Assembly (NCBI GenBank): GCA_009784895.1
Contig: WQXJ01000002.1
Location: forward strand, 16,903 to 80,902
Direction: 5' to 3'
Length of the DNA stretch: 64,000 bases
Source of the DNA: Micrococcales bacterium
GTDB taxonomy: Bacteria > Actinomycetota > Actinomycetes > Actinomycetales > WQXJ01
This document shows, piece by piece, positions 57,584 through 64,000 of the stretch. The translations under genes were made by a program, and so were the position numbers. The notes beneath the pieces are model-generated. The model worked only from the letters and a program-made list of their open reading frames with translations, was not told the DNA's origin and did no database searches. Numbering within the stretch: position 1 is the first letter of the stretch; each line of letters starts with the position of its first letter.

Positions 57584-58837
57584 CTACAAGCCGGTTTCAG
57601 AGGCTTGTTGGATTTCCCCAAGCACATCGGCCGGCTTGGCGCCGGAGGCAATCTTGCCGATGTTTTGCTGGATCAAGCCCTGTGTTGAACCCCAATCTGG
57701 GTTGATCGAGGGGTAGAACTTGGCGTAGGGCAACAGCTCGTTGAATGGAGCGAATTCGGTTTTGGTGGTGCCTTCGGCGCCGGACTTGGTCACCGGCAAG
57801 AAACCCTCGGTGTCAACAAACTTGACGTAGTTGTCCTTGGAGTAGAAGAAGTCGAGGAAGGCGCCAACCGCCTTGCCCCTGGCCTCATCGCCGCCGTTCT
57901 TGAAGGCCATCAGGTGGTCAGCCACACCCAGTGTCACCTGGTCTGTGATGTTGGTCGGGAATGGCGACACGGAGTAGTTCAGATCCGGGGCTTGGTCAGC
58001 GATCATGCCCATGATGGGGGGCAAGCCAACCACCATGCCGCACTTCGACTGCATGAAAACATTGTTGAGCATCGGGGTGCGCTGGGTGGCGCCGGGGTCC
58101 GGCTCGGTCAGGCCGCCGTCAATTAGTTTGACCATGAAATCAGCTGCCTCGATGTTCTTCGGGTCGTCGATGGTCAACGTCTCGGCGTCGCCGTAGCTAC
58201 CGCCATTCGACATGATCCAAATGCCCAGCTCGCCCTGGGCTTCCTCCGAGCCCAGTGGCATGCAATAGCCGTAGATGTCTTTGTCCATGGCGACAATGGC
58301 TTTGGCTGCCGATTCCAGTTCCTGCCAGGTGGATGGTGGATTGGCTGGGTCCAGACCGGCTTCGTTGAAGATGTCATCGTTGATGAACAGGGCCCGGGCC
58401 GAGGCGATCAGCGGGAAGCCGAACTGCTGGCCGTTCATGGTGGCGTTGGCCACAAACGACTCCTGGAAATCGGCGATGGTTTCAGGCGCGAGAATCTCAT
58501 CGGCTGAGTAGAGCAACCCGTCCTGGACGTAGTTCGAGAAGGCATCAATGCTCAAGATGTCAGGAGTCTGGTTGCCTTGAACCTTGGTCTTCATGACCTC
58601 GTTGATGTTCTCCCATGACTGCATCTCGAGGGTGATGGTGATGTTGTCATGGCTGGCCTCAAAGTCCTTGATGTAGCCCTCCCAAAGTGACTTCGTCACG
58701 TCCGAATAGACCGCAGCCACCATGGTCAGCTCGATTTTGTCGCCGCCACCGTTGCCGCTGCCGCTATCGCCACAGGCGCTCAAAGCCAGCGCCCCAATGC
58801 AGGCGACCCCGAGCGCTCCTAACCACTTCCTGTTCAC
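57584..58837 (-). CDS. Extracellular solute-binding lipoprotein (family 1 sugar SBP), no adjacent permease genes
   Basis: MNRKWLGALGVACIGALALSACGD lipobox and a 417-aa SBP_bac_1-like sequence. Confidence 0.8.
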   Translation of the reverse strand: MNRKWLGALGVACIGALALSACGDSGSGNGGGDKIELTMVAAVYSDVTKSLWEGYIKDFEASHDNITITLEMQSWENINEVMKTKVQGNQTPDILSIDAFSNYVQDGLLYSADEILAPETIADFQESFVANATMNGQQFGFPLIASARALFINDDIFNEAGLDPANPPSTWQELESAAKAIVAMDKDIYGYCMPLGSEEAQGELGIWIMSNGGSYGDAETLTIDDPKNIEAADFMVKLIDGGLTEPDPGATQRTPMLNNVFMQSKCGMVVGLPPIMGMIADQAPDLNYSVSPFPTNITDQVTLGVADHLMAFKNGGDEARGKAVGAFLDFFYSKDNYVKFVDTEGFLPVTKSGAEGTTKTEFAPFNELLPYAKFYPSINPDWGSTQGLIQQNIGKIASGAKPADVLGEIQQASETGL

Positions 58838-58906
58838 TGCGAACTCCTTCGTTCTAGTTTGGTTATTTGTTAGGCAGGCTAACAGATTACTCCTTTCTGC
58901 GGACTA

Positions 58907-58926
58907 TTGGCGCCAGCTTGGCGCCA
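58907..58926. promoter_or_regulatory. Direct repeat of palindromic TTGGCGCCA in the SBP/ROK divergent region
   Basis: TTGGCGCCA at 58907-58915 and 58918-58926, each containing the palindrome TGGCGCCA. It is a candidate operator. Confidence 0.3.
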
Positions 58927-58989
58927 AATGTCACCAAACCGTTACTTACCGCACTGACGCCTACCCACCCCGGCCCCCAACCTCCGCAC

Positions 58990-59090
58990 CCCTCGACTTC
59001 ACCGAGTCCGAGGTTCTGCACCACCGCGGACCGCCGAGTCCGAGGCTCCGCACCACCGCGGACCACCGAGTTAGAGGTTTCGCACCACTC
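58990..59090. repeat. Core-repeat array R21 (SBP / ROK divergent region)
   Basis: A 32-bp unit CCGAGTCCGAGG(T/C)TC(T/C)GCACCACCGCGGACC repeated three times forward (cores begin at 59002, 59034 and 59066). Confidence 0.9.
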
Positions 59091-59144
59091 CGCCATGGGC
59101 GGCCAGGGTTGACTTAGAATTGTTATGCCTGTTTACTAATAAGA

Positions 59145-60281
59145 GTGACCGACGCCCACGCCCCCTTCAGCCACGGCCAGCTTGGTCAGCGGCTTAGGCC
59201 CACTACCAAGGCCCAACCAACCGATTCGCGCGTGCACAACCGCGCCTTGGTCCTAACCACCCTGTTCCACAAGGGCCCACTTTCGAGGGCCGATTTGGCC
59301 CGAGCTACCGGCCTAACCAGGGTGACCATCTCTGATCTGGTTCAAAAACTGATCGACGCTGGTTTGGTCTCTGACCAGGGGCCAGTCTCATGCGGACGGG
59401 TCGGCAAACCGGCCAATATTGTCTCAATGACGCCCAGCGCCGGCTACGTCTTGGCAGTCGATCTCTCGCTCGGATTGACCGCCCGAACAGCGGTCCTCGA
59501 CCTCTCCGGCCAGTCCGTTTTGCGCCGCGAAGTACCAATTGGCGACACCCGCGGCGCGGCCGATGTCGAGGCCCTCGAACAGGCCATCCGCCAAATGCTG
59601 CTCGAGGCTCCCAGCCCGGTAGTTGGCGTTGGCATTGCCACACCTGGCGTTGTCGAAACCAACGGTGTAGTTCGTTCCGCCGCTAACCTTGGCTGGGTTG
59701 ACCTACCGCTCAAGCAACGTCTCGAAGACCTTATTGACCTGCCAGTTTACGTAGACAACGACGCCAACTTGGCGGCTCGGGCTGAATTCACCTTTGGCGG
59801 CGCCAACCCAACCGGCATGATGCTAATCATGGTGGGCCTGGGGCTCGGCGCCGCTTTGCTGCTCGACGGTGTGTTGCTCGAAGGCCCGACCTCTTCGGCC
59901 GGCGAGATTGGCCACGTCACGGCGGTCGACAACGGCGAGCCGTGCGCCTGTGGCCGTGCCGGTTGCTTGGAAACTGTGTTTTCGGCCGGTTCGCTGGACC
60001 AGATCCAAGGCGATCTAGACAAGTTGGAACAAATTGGCGCAACCACCGGCACGGTCCTGGCCCCAGTTGTCAGCTCCCTCAACCTCAACGAGATTGTGGT
60101 GGCCAGCCCAAACCAAGAACTGCCGGACCAGTTGTTGCAGGCCATCGCCGGTTCCATCAAGCAAAGGGTGCTGCCGGCCACCAGCCAAGGCTTCTTGGTT
60201 CGACCAGCCCACGGTGGCAGCGAATCGGCTTTGCTGGGCGCCTGCGCCCTGGTCCTTAGCCGCAGGTACGGCATCGCCTAG
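59145..60281 (+). CDS. ROK-family transcriptional regulator
   Basis: N-terminal wHTH (NRALVLTTLFHKGPLSRADLARATGLTRVTISDLV) and a ROK domain with the zinc motif EPCACGRAGCLE. Confidence 0.85.
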   Translation: MTDAHAPFSHGQLGQRLRPTTKAQPTDSRVHNRALVLTTLFHKGPLSRADLARATGLTRVTISDLVQKLIDAGLVSDQGPVSCGRVGKPANIVSMTPSAGYVLAVDLSLGLTARTAVLDLSGQSVLRREVPIGDTRGAADVEALEQAIRQMLLEAPSPVVGVGIATPGVVETNGVVRSAANLGWVDLPLKQRLEDLIDLPVYVDNDANLAARAEFTFGGANPTGMMLIMVGLGLGAALLLDGVLLEGPTSSAGEIGHVTAVDNGEPCACGRAGCLETVFSAGSLDQIQGDLDKLEQIGATTGTVLAPVVSSLNLNEIVVASPNQELPDQLLQAIAGSIKQRVLPATSQGFLVRPAHGGSESALLGACALVLSRRYGIA

Positions 60282-60348
60282 AGACATTTCAGCCGAGGCG
60301 CCAAAACTCGCGGTAGGGGTTTGGTGACAAAGCCTGGACTCGCGGTTT
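60282..60348. repeat. Single hairpin unit R22 flanked by a 46-bp duplication of the ROK gene 3' end
   Basis: The insert AGACATTTCAGCCGAGGCGCCAAAACTCGCGGTAGGGGTTTGGTGACAAAGCCTGGACTCGCGGTTT contains overlapping forward and inverted cores. The flanking direct repeats are 60236-60281 and 60349-60394 (41/46 identical). Confidence 0.9.
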
Positions 60349-60475
60349 GGGCGCCTGCGCCCTTGTCCTCAGCCGCAGGTACTCCATCGCCTAAACCCGA
60401 TGGCCAATCTGTGGCACAATTACCTCCCGGCGAGGCACAATCCTCGCCGCTGAGCCATGAGGAAAGCAGGGCCCA

Positions 60476-60550
60476 ATGTCAAAGCGCGCACGCAAACGCC
60501 GGACCCGGAAGAACTCTGGCGCCAATCACGGCAAGCGGCCAAACGCCTAA
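60476..60550 (+). CDS. 24-codon micro-ORF resembling actinobacterial ribosomal protein bL37
   Basis: ATG at 60476 preceded by GAGGAAAG. The peptide MSKRARKRRTRKNSGANHGKRPNA is highly basic, and its C-terminal ANHGKRPNA is as I remember for mycobacterial bL37. It is too short for the ORF track. Confidence 0.65.
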   Translation: MSKRARKRRTRKNSGANHGKRPNA

Positions 60551-60677
60551 GGCGCCGCGAAAACTGCCAGGGGCGTCGGGCACCAGTTCAGCTCCGACGA
60601 CCAAGCGCTGCCTGGCCGGGGGCGCCAACCAAGCTTCAGCTCGCCAAGGCCGCCAACCGAGCTCGACTGCGCCAGGC

Positions 60678-60971
60678 TTAAGAGGCCTGGCCAGCGAATT
60701 GGGCCCGCAACTTGGCGATGTTGGCCGCGACCCGCTCTTTGAGCTCATCTGGAGCCGGTTCGAAGCAGACCTCGTGGATGACGGTCTTGAGCTTGTGGCG
60801 CACGGTGTGCTCATAGGCGCAGGAATCGCAGCCATCCAAATGGTCCTGCATGGCCTGGAGCTCGTCAATCGTCAATTCGTCGTCAATGAACTCATACAGG
60901 CGCGGTAAAGCCTTTTCGCAGTCGTACTCTTCAAAGGCGGCGGCGTGCGCCAGCGCATCTGGCGTGGTCAT
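60678..60971 (-). CDS. rshA: Zinc-binding anti-sigma factor (RsrA/RshA, ZAS family)
   Basis: H-x3-C-x2-C motif in [11 protein letters not shown] plus an upstream Cys (EYDCEKAL). It overlaps the sigma gene stop by 4 nt. Confidence 0.85.
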   Translation of the reverse strand: MTTPDALAHAAAFEEYDCEKALPRLYEFIDDELTIDELQAMQDHLDGCDSCAYEHTVRHKLKTVIHEVCFEPAPDELKERVAANIAKLRAQFAGQAS

Positions 60972-61594
60972 TTGGCACCACCTTTCTCTGACTGCGAAAC
61001 CATATTACGCGCAAGTTCGTGGTCTGCTAGGGATTCCCTCAACCTGGCCCGTCCCCGGTGCAGCCGCGACATGACCGTGCCAATTGGCGTGCCCATGATC
61101 TTGGAGATTTCCTTGTAGGAGAAGCCCTCGACATCGGCCAGGTAGACCACCAGCCTGAACTCTTCTGGCAGCTCGTTCAGCGCGTCTTTGATGGCGCTGT
61201 CCGGCAGGCGTTCCAGGGCCTCGGCCTCGGCTGATTTCAACCCGGTCGATTGGTGCGAGGAGGCCTGGAGGATTTGCCAGTCCTCGATCTCATCAGTTGA
61301 GGCCTGGATGGCACCGCGTTGGCGTTTGCGGTATTCGGAAATGAAAGTGTTGGTCAAAATCCGGTAGAGCCAGGCCTTCATATTGGTGCCGGGTTTGAAC
61401 TGGCCAAAGGCGGCGAAAGCCTTTAGGTAGGTCTCCTGGACCAAATCCTCAGCGTCAGTCGGGTCGCGCGTCATGCGCATGGCCGCGGAATAGAGCTGGT
61501 CGACAAACTCCATTGCGTCGCGTTCGAAACGCGCACCGCGCTCAGCGTCGCTTTCCGTACTGCGCGGATCCTCGACCAGCGCCTCGTTGGTCAT
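60968..61594 (-). CDS. sigH: ECF RNA polymerase sigma factor (SigH/SigR type)
   Basis: Region 2 [14 protein letters not shown] and region 4 [33 protein letters not shown]. It is coupled to a ZAS anti-sigma gene. Confidence 0.85.
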   Translation of the reverse strand: MTNEALVEDPRSTESDAERGARFERDAMEFVDQLYSAAMRMTRDPTDAEDLVQETYLKAFAAFGQFKPGTNMKAWLYRILTNTFISEYRKRQRGAIQASTDEIEDWQILQASSHQSTGLKSAEAEALERLPDSAIKDALNELPEEFRLVVYLADVEGFSYKEISKIMGTPIGTVMSRLHRGRARLRESLADHELARNMVSQSEKGGAK

Positions 61595-61747
61595 GACCAG
61601 TTAGCCTAACGTCTTTGGGCCGAGCGCACGGACTGTGCGCCCCGGGGGTGATTGTTTCGGTTCAGGGCACACACTATCCCTTTCGCCCTGGCGGCCGCAG
61701 GCGCGGCGGCTTTGTTACAGGGTTACTACCGTTGGGGGCCGATGCCG

Positions 61748-62350
61748 CTAGCTCACCCGGCGGGCCATGCGGCGGGCGGCCAGTTCGTCCGGTGGGGCCG
61801 AGGTGTGACCGGCGGCCTGGGATTTTTCGCTGGGCAGCTCTGCCAACGAGCCTTCCACTTCGCGCCAAACGCTGGCAACGGCAATGCCGAAGACACCTTG
61901 GCCACCTTGGACCAGGTCAAAGACCTCGTCCGCACTGGTGCATTCGTAGACCGAGGCGCCATCTGACATGACCGTGATTGTGGCCAGGTCATCAACACCG
62001 CGTTCACGCAGGTGAGCCACGGCGGAACGGATCTGGTTAAGCGATACCCCGGCGTCTAGCAGGCGCTTGACAATCTTTAGGACAAGAATGTCGCGGAAGT
62101 TGTAGAGCCGCTGGGTGCCCGAACCGGTGGCGGGGCGGACCGATGGCGCAACTAGGCCGGTACGGGCCCAATAGTCGAGTTGGCGATAAGTGATGCCGGC
62201 GGCTCGGCAGGCAGTGGGGCCGCGGAAACCGACCGTCTCATCGGCCAGGCGGCCGTTGAACAGTGTGCCTTGGTGGGCAACCGATTCGGTCTTGTCATCG
62301 TCAGGCGGCATCAGCGACCTACTTCCTGTTATGCCAGATGGGGCTTTCAC
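61748..62350 (-). CDS. MerR-family transcriptional regulator (Rv1830-like)
   Basis: FRGPTACRAAGITYRQLDYWARTGLVAPS...RLYNFRDILVLKIVKRLLDAGVSL. The start is uncertain (62350 or ATG 62311). Confidence 0.8.
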   Translation of the reverse strand: MKAPSGITGSRSLMPPDDDKTESVAHQGTLFNGRLADETVGFRGPTACRAAGITYRQLDYWARTGLVAPSVRPATGSGTQRLYNFRDILVLKIVKRLLDAGVSLNQIRSAVAHLRERGVDDLATITVMSDGASVYECTSADEVFDLVQGGQGVFGIAVASVWREVEGSLAELPSEKSQAAGHTSAPPDELAARRMARRVS

Positions 62351-62424
62351 CAGTGACGCTAGGCACGGTTGCGGTCTGGGTCAACCCGCCACGCCGGGCG
62401 CGTCCATCGGCGTGTCTTACTCTC

Positions 62425-62448
62425 CAGTTGAACTTGAGGCTTCAACTG
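62425..62448. other. 8-bp-arm palindrome CAGTTGAA-N8-TTCAACTG spanning the stop codon of the upstream MerR gene
   Basis: The arms lie at 62425-62432 and 62441-62448. This could be a terminator or attenuator hairpin, or an operator for the downstream MerR gene. Confidence 0.35.
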
Positions 62449-63125
62449 TCCCCTAAATGCAGTCGAACGGCGGCCTCACTCAACTTGGCCATATCGGCCG
62501 CCGCCTCAATGGCGGCGGCAGTGGCTCTCTCACGCCCGGCAGAACCACGCGAGTGCTGGGCGCCCACGGCCCGCTCAATCAACTCGGCTTGGCGAGAGGC
62601 GGACTGGAAAACACCACGCAGATGGCGCAGCTCCAGCCCGTGATTGGCCAGGGCGACCACCGCCTCAACAGCTTGGATAAGCGCCGCGTTGGCCTGTTCG
62701 GGGTCATCAATGCCCGCAGCCTTGGCCACCGCCGCCACCAGGTTTGGGTCTTGGCCGGTGATGGTGGCGACCTCACTTTGGTCGACCTGAGCCGATCTGA
62801 CCCGCCTGGGCTGCCCCAGTTTGACCGCGGCCGTGCCATCGCGATCCATAGCGGCCAAACGCACTTTGATGACCTTCAGCGGCAGGAAGTGGTCGCGCTG
62901 CTCGGTCAGAATGTAGCGGGCCCTTTCCACGTCCATGGCACCGTAGCGGCGGTAGCCGGACGGGGTTCGGGCCGGATGAAGCAAACCCTGAACCTCGAGA
63001 TAGCGCAGTTTGGAAATACTCAGGGCCGGGAATTGGTCGCGCAGCGCCTCCAGCACTTCGCCAATCGACATGGTGCCGCCCGGCGGGCTGGAAGAGCCTG
63101 CCGCCGCGCCGGGGCCGCGGACCAC
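62442..63125 (-). CDS. MerR-family transcriptional regulator (Rv1828/FtsR-like)
   Basis: MSIGEVLEALRDQFPALSISKLRYLEVQGLLHPARTPSGYRRY. It directly follows garA, as in mycobacteria and corynebacteria. The start is either GTG 63125 or ATG 63071. Confidence 0.8.
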   Translation of the reverse strand: MVRGPGAAAGSSSPPGGTMSIGEVLEALRDQFPALSISKLRYLEVQGLLHPARTPSGYRRYGAMDVERARYILTEQRDHFLPLKVIKVRLAAMDRDGTAAVKLGQPRRVRSAQVDQSEVATITGQDPNLVAAVAKAAGIDDPEQANAALIQAVEAVVALANHGLELRHLRGVFQSASRQAELIERAVGAQHSRGSAGRERATAAAIEAAADMAKLSEAAVRLHLGDS

Positions 63126-63126
63126 T

Positions 63127-63591
63127 TCAGGCCTGACTGTCTAAGCCGGTGGCGGCAGGTGAAGGGTGGAAAGTCAAACGGTATTTGCCAATCAATACTT
63201 CGTCACCGGGGTTCAACACGGCCCGTTCGACCCGCTCGCGCCCAACATAGGTGCCGTTGAGCGAACCCAGGTCCCGGACCTCGAACTGGCCGTTGGCCAG
63301 CCTTTCGAAGACGGCGTGGCGCCGCGAGACAGTGAAATCATCGAGGAAAATGTCAGATTTGGTCGAACGGCCGGCGGTGGTGGAGGCATCGTCTAGTAGA
63401 AACCGCGAACCGGAGTTAGGGCCGCTTTGCACCACCAGCAGGGCCGTGCCCGGCGGCAGGGCCTCGACCGCAGCCGCCGCCTGAGGACTGAGCCCGGCCG
63501 GAGCTGGCGTTTCAGGCTCAAAGGACAAGCCTTCGCCAAAGACTTGTGTCGAATCGACTTGATCCGGCTCTTGATTTGGCGCTTGATCCAT
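63127..63591 (-). CDS. garA: FHA-domain regulator of 2-oxoglutarate metabolism (GarA/OdhI family)
   Basis: C-terminal FHA domain (FLLDDASTTAGR...VSRRHAVFER...GSLNGTYV). The ATG at 63591 is preceded by GGAGG at a 7-nt spacing. The N-terminal phospho-motif region reads VDSTQVFGE. Confidence 0.85.
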   Translation of the reverse strand: MDQAPNQEPDQVDSTQVFGEGLSFEPETPAPAGLSPQAAAAVEALPPGTALLVVQSGPNSGSRFLLDDASTTAGRSTKSDIFLDDFTVSRRHAVFERLANGQFEVRDLGSLNGTYVGRERVERAVLNPGDEVLIGKYRLTFHPSPAATGLDSQA

Positions 63592-63630
63592 CTCAAAGCC
63601 TCCACGGGTAAAGATTGACCGACTGGTCAA

Positions 63631-64000
63631 CTACTTTAGCGTGGTGGCGTATTTGGTGGGAGCCACCACCCGCACTGCCTCAATTTGAATCGAGTCTTGG
63701 GCCGTGACAACCGTGTCGGCCCCACCTGTGCGCAAAGCCGCCAAGGCGCCGCCTGGGATGCCCAAAGCTCCTTGAAGCGTATCCGGATCGCCAATCGCCA
63801 GCCAGGTGAACGGACTGGTCAAAGCCTCGCCATCGGCCACCAGGCCACCGCCGCCGGCCGGAGCGAACCAGGTCGAAGCCGTCACCCTGACCTGATTGAC
63901 AGAGATAACCTCAGCCCCGGCGTTGCGTAGCTCGTCCACCAGGGCAGTCATCATGGCCGGGTCGATTTGTCCGTCCCGGTCGAAGACCACCACCTCGACA
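63631..64000 (-). CDS. DUF881 domain-containing protein, C-terminal part (gene continues beyond window end)
   Basis: The frame is open to the window edge. The sequence ...LVDELRNAGAEVISVNQVRV...ALTSPFTWLAIGDPDTL is typical of the DUF881 C-terminal domain. Confidence 0.7.
   Translation of the reverse strand, partial: VEVVVFDRDGQIDPAMMTALVDELRNAGAEVISVNQVRVTASTWFAPAGGGGLVADGEALTSPFTWLAIGDPDTLQGALGIPGGALAALRTGGADTVVTAQDSIQIEAVRVVAPTKYATTLK

Noticed and set aside
61595-61747. Expected autoregulatory SigH/SigR promoter (GGAAT-N18-GTT) upstream of sigH.
   Set aside because: I could not locate a convincing GGAAT...GTT pair with correct spacing on the minus strand by eye. GGGAT is present but without a correctly spaced GTT.
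1-64000. Search for classical mobile elements, prophage, defence islands (RM, TA, CBASS, retron-like) or biosynthetic clusters.
   Set aside because: There are no transposase, integrase, recombinase, phage structural, Cas, reverse-transcriptase, methyltransferase or toxin-antitoxin-like ORFs. The gene content is housekeeping and syntenic with other actinobacteria. The only accessory-looking genes are the DUF559 protein and the orphan 42712-43404 protein.

Overview
This is a 64-kb high-GC (by eye about 60-65%) chromosomal core segment of an actinobacterium. Gene order parallels the Mycobacterium tuberculosis pepB-dlaT-glnA1-glnE-glnA2 (Rv2213-Rv2222c) and garA/MerR/CNNM (Rv1825-Rv1842c) neighbourhoods. 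I can support about 55 protein-coding genes. They include uvrC (partial), dus, glyQS, a znuACB-zur zinc operon, uppS, recO, an acyl-CoA ligase, an FG-GAP/amidase wall hydrolase, trpD, sodA, pyrD and pepA. They also include an M23 peptidase, lpdA-sucB, glnA, panD, glnE, glnA2, aspA, two CNNM/CorC genes and an OmpR/HK pair. An IclR-ALDH-ABC-eda-kdgK sugar-acid locus, an ABC-2 exporter, kgd, an orphan solute-binding protein with a ROK regulator, a 24-codon bL37-like micro-ORF, sigH-rshA, two MerR genes, garA/odhI and a partial DUF881 gene complete the set. I recognised no rRNA, tRNA, CRISPR array, transposase, integrase or phage gene. The outstanding feature is non-coding. A very dense family of about 22-nt repeats (core CGCGAGTCCRGGGTTTGGCASCA, both orientations) fills nearly every boundary between transcription units. 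By hand count there are roughly 100 copies at 22-23 loci, about 3.9 kb or 6% of the window. Copies are arranged preferentially head-to-head as long dyads and are locally amplified into higher-order tandem arrays. In one case a 67-bp hairpin unit is flanked by a 46-bp duplication of a gene's 3' end. These repeats also cause many N-terminal over-extensions and phantom ORFs in the six-frame track. Secondary observations follow. The E2 (SucB/DlaT) has its catalytic His replaced by Ser, and lipB-lipA are missing from their usual position, while Kgd keeps its own DHR acyltransferase domain. There are dual Zur-box palindromes over the znuA promoter and start, and a duplicated 54-bp hairpin element upstream of kgd. 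All calls come from reading the sequence and from remembered family motifs; no database search was run.
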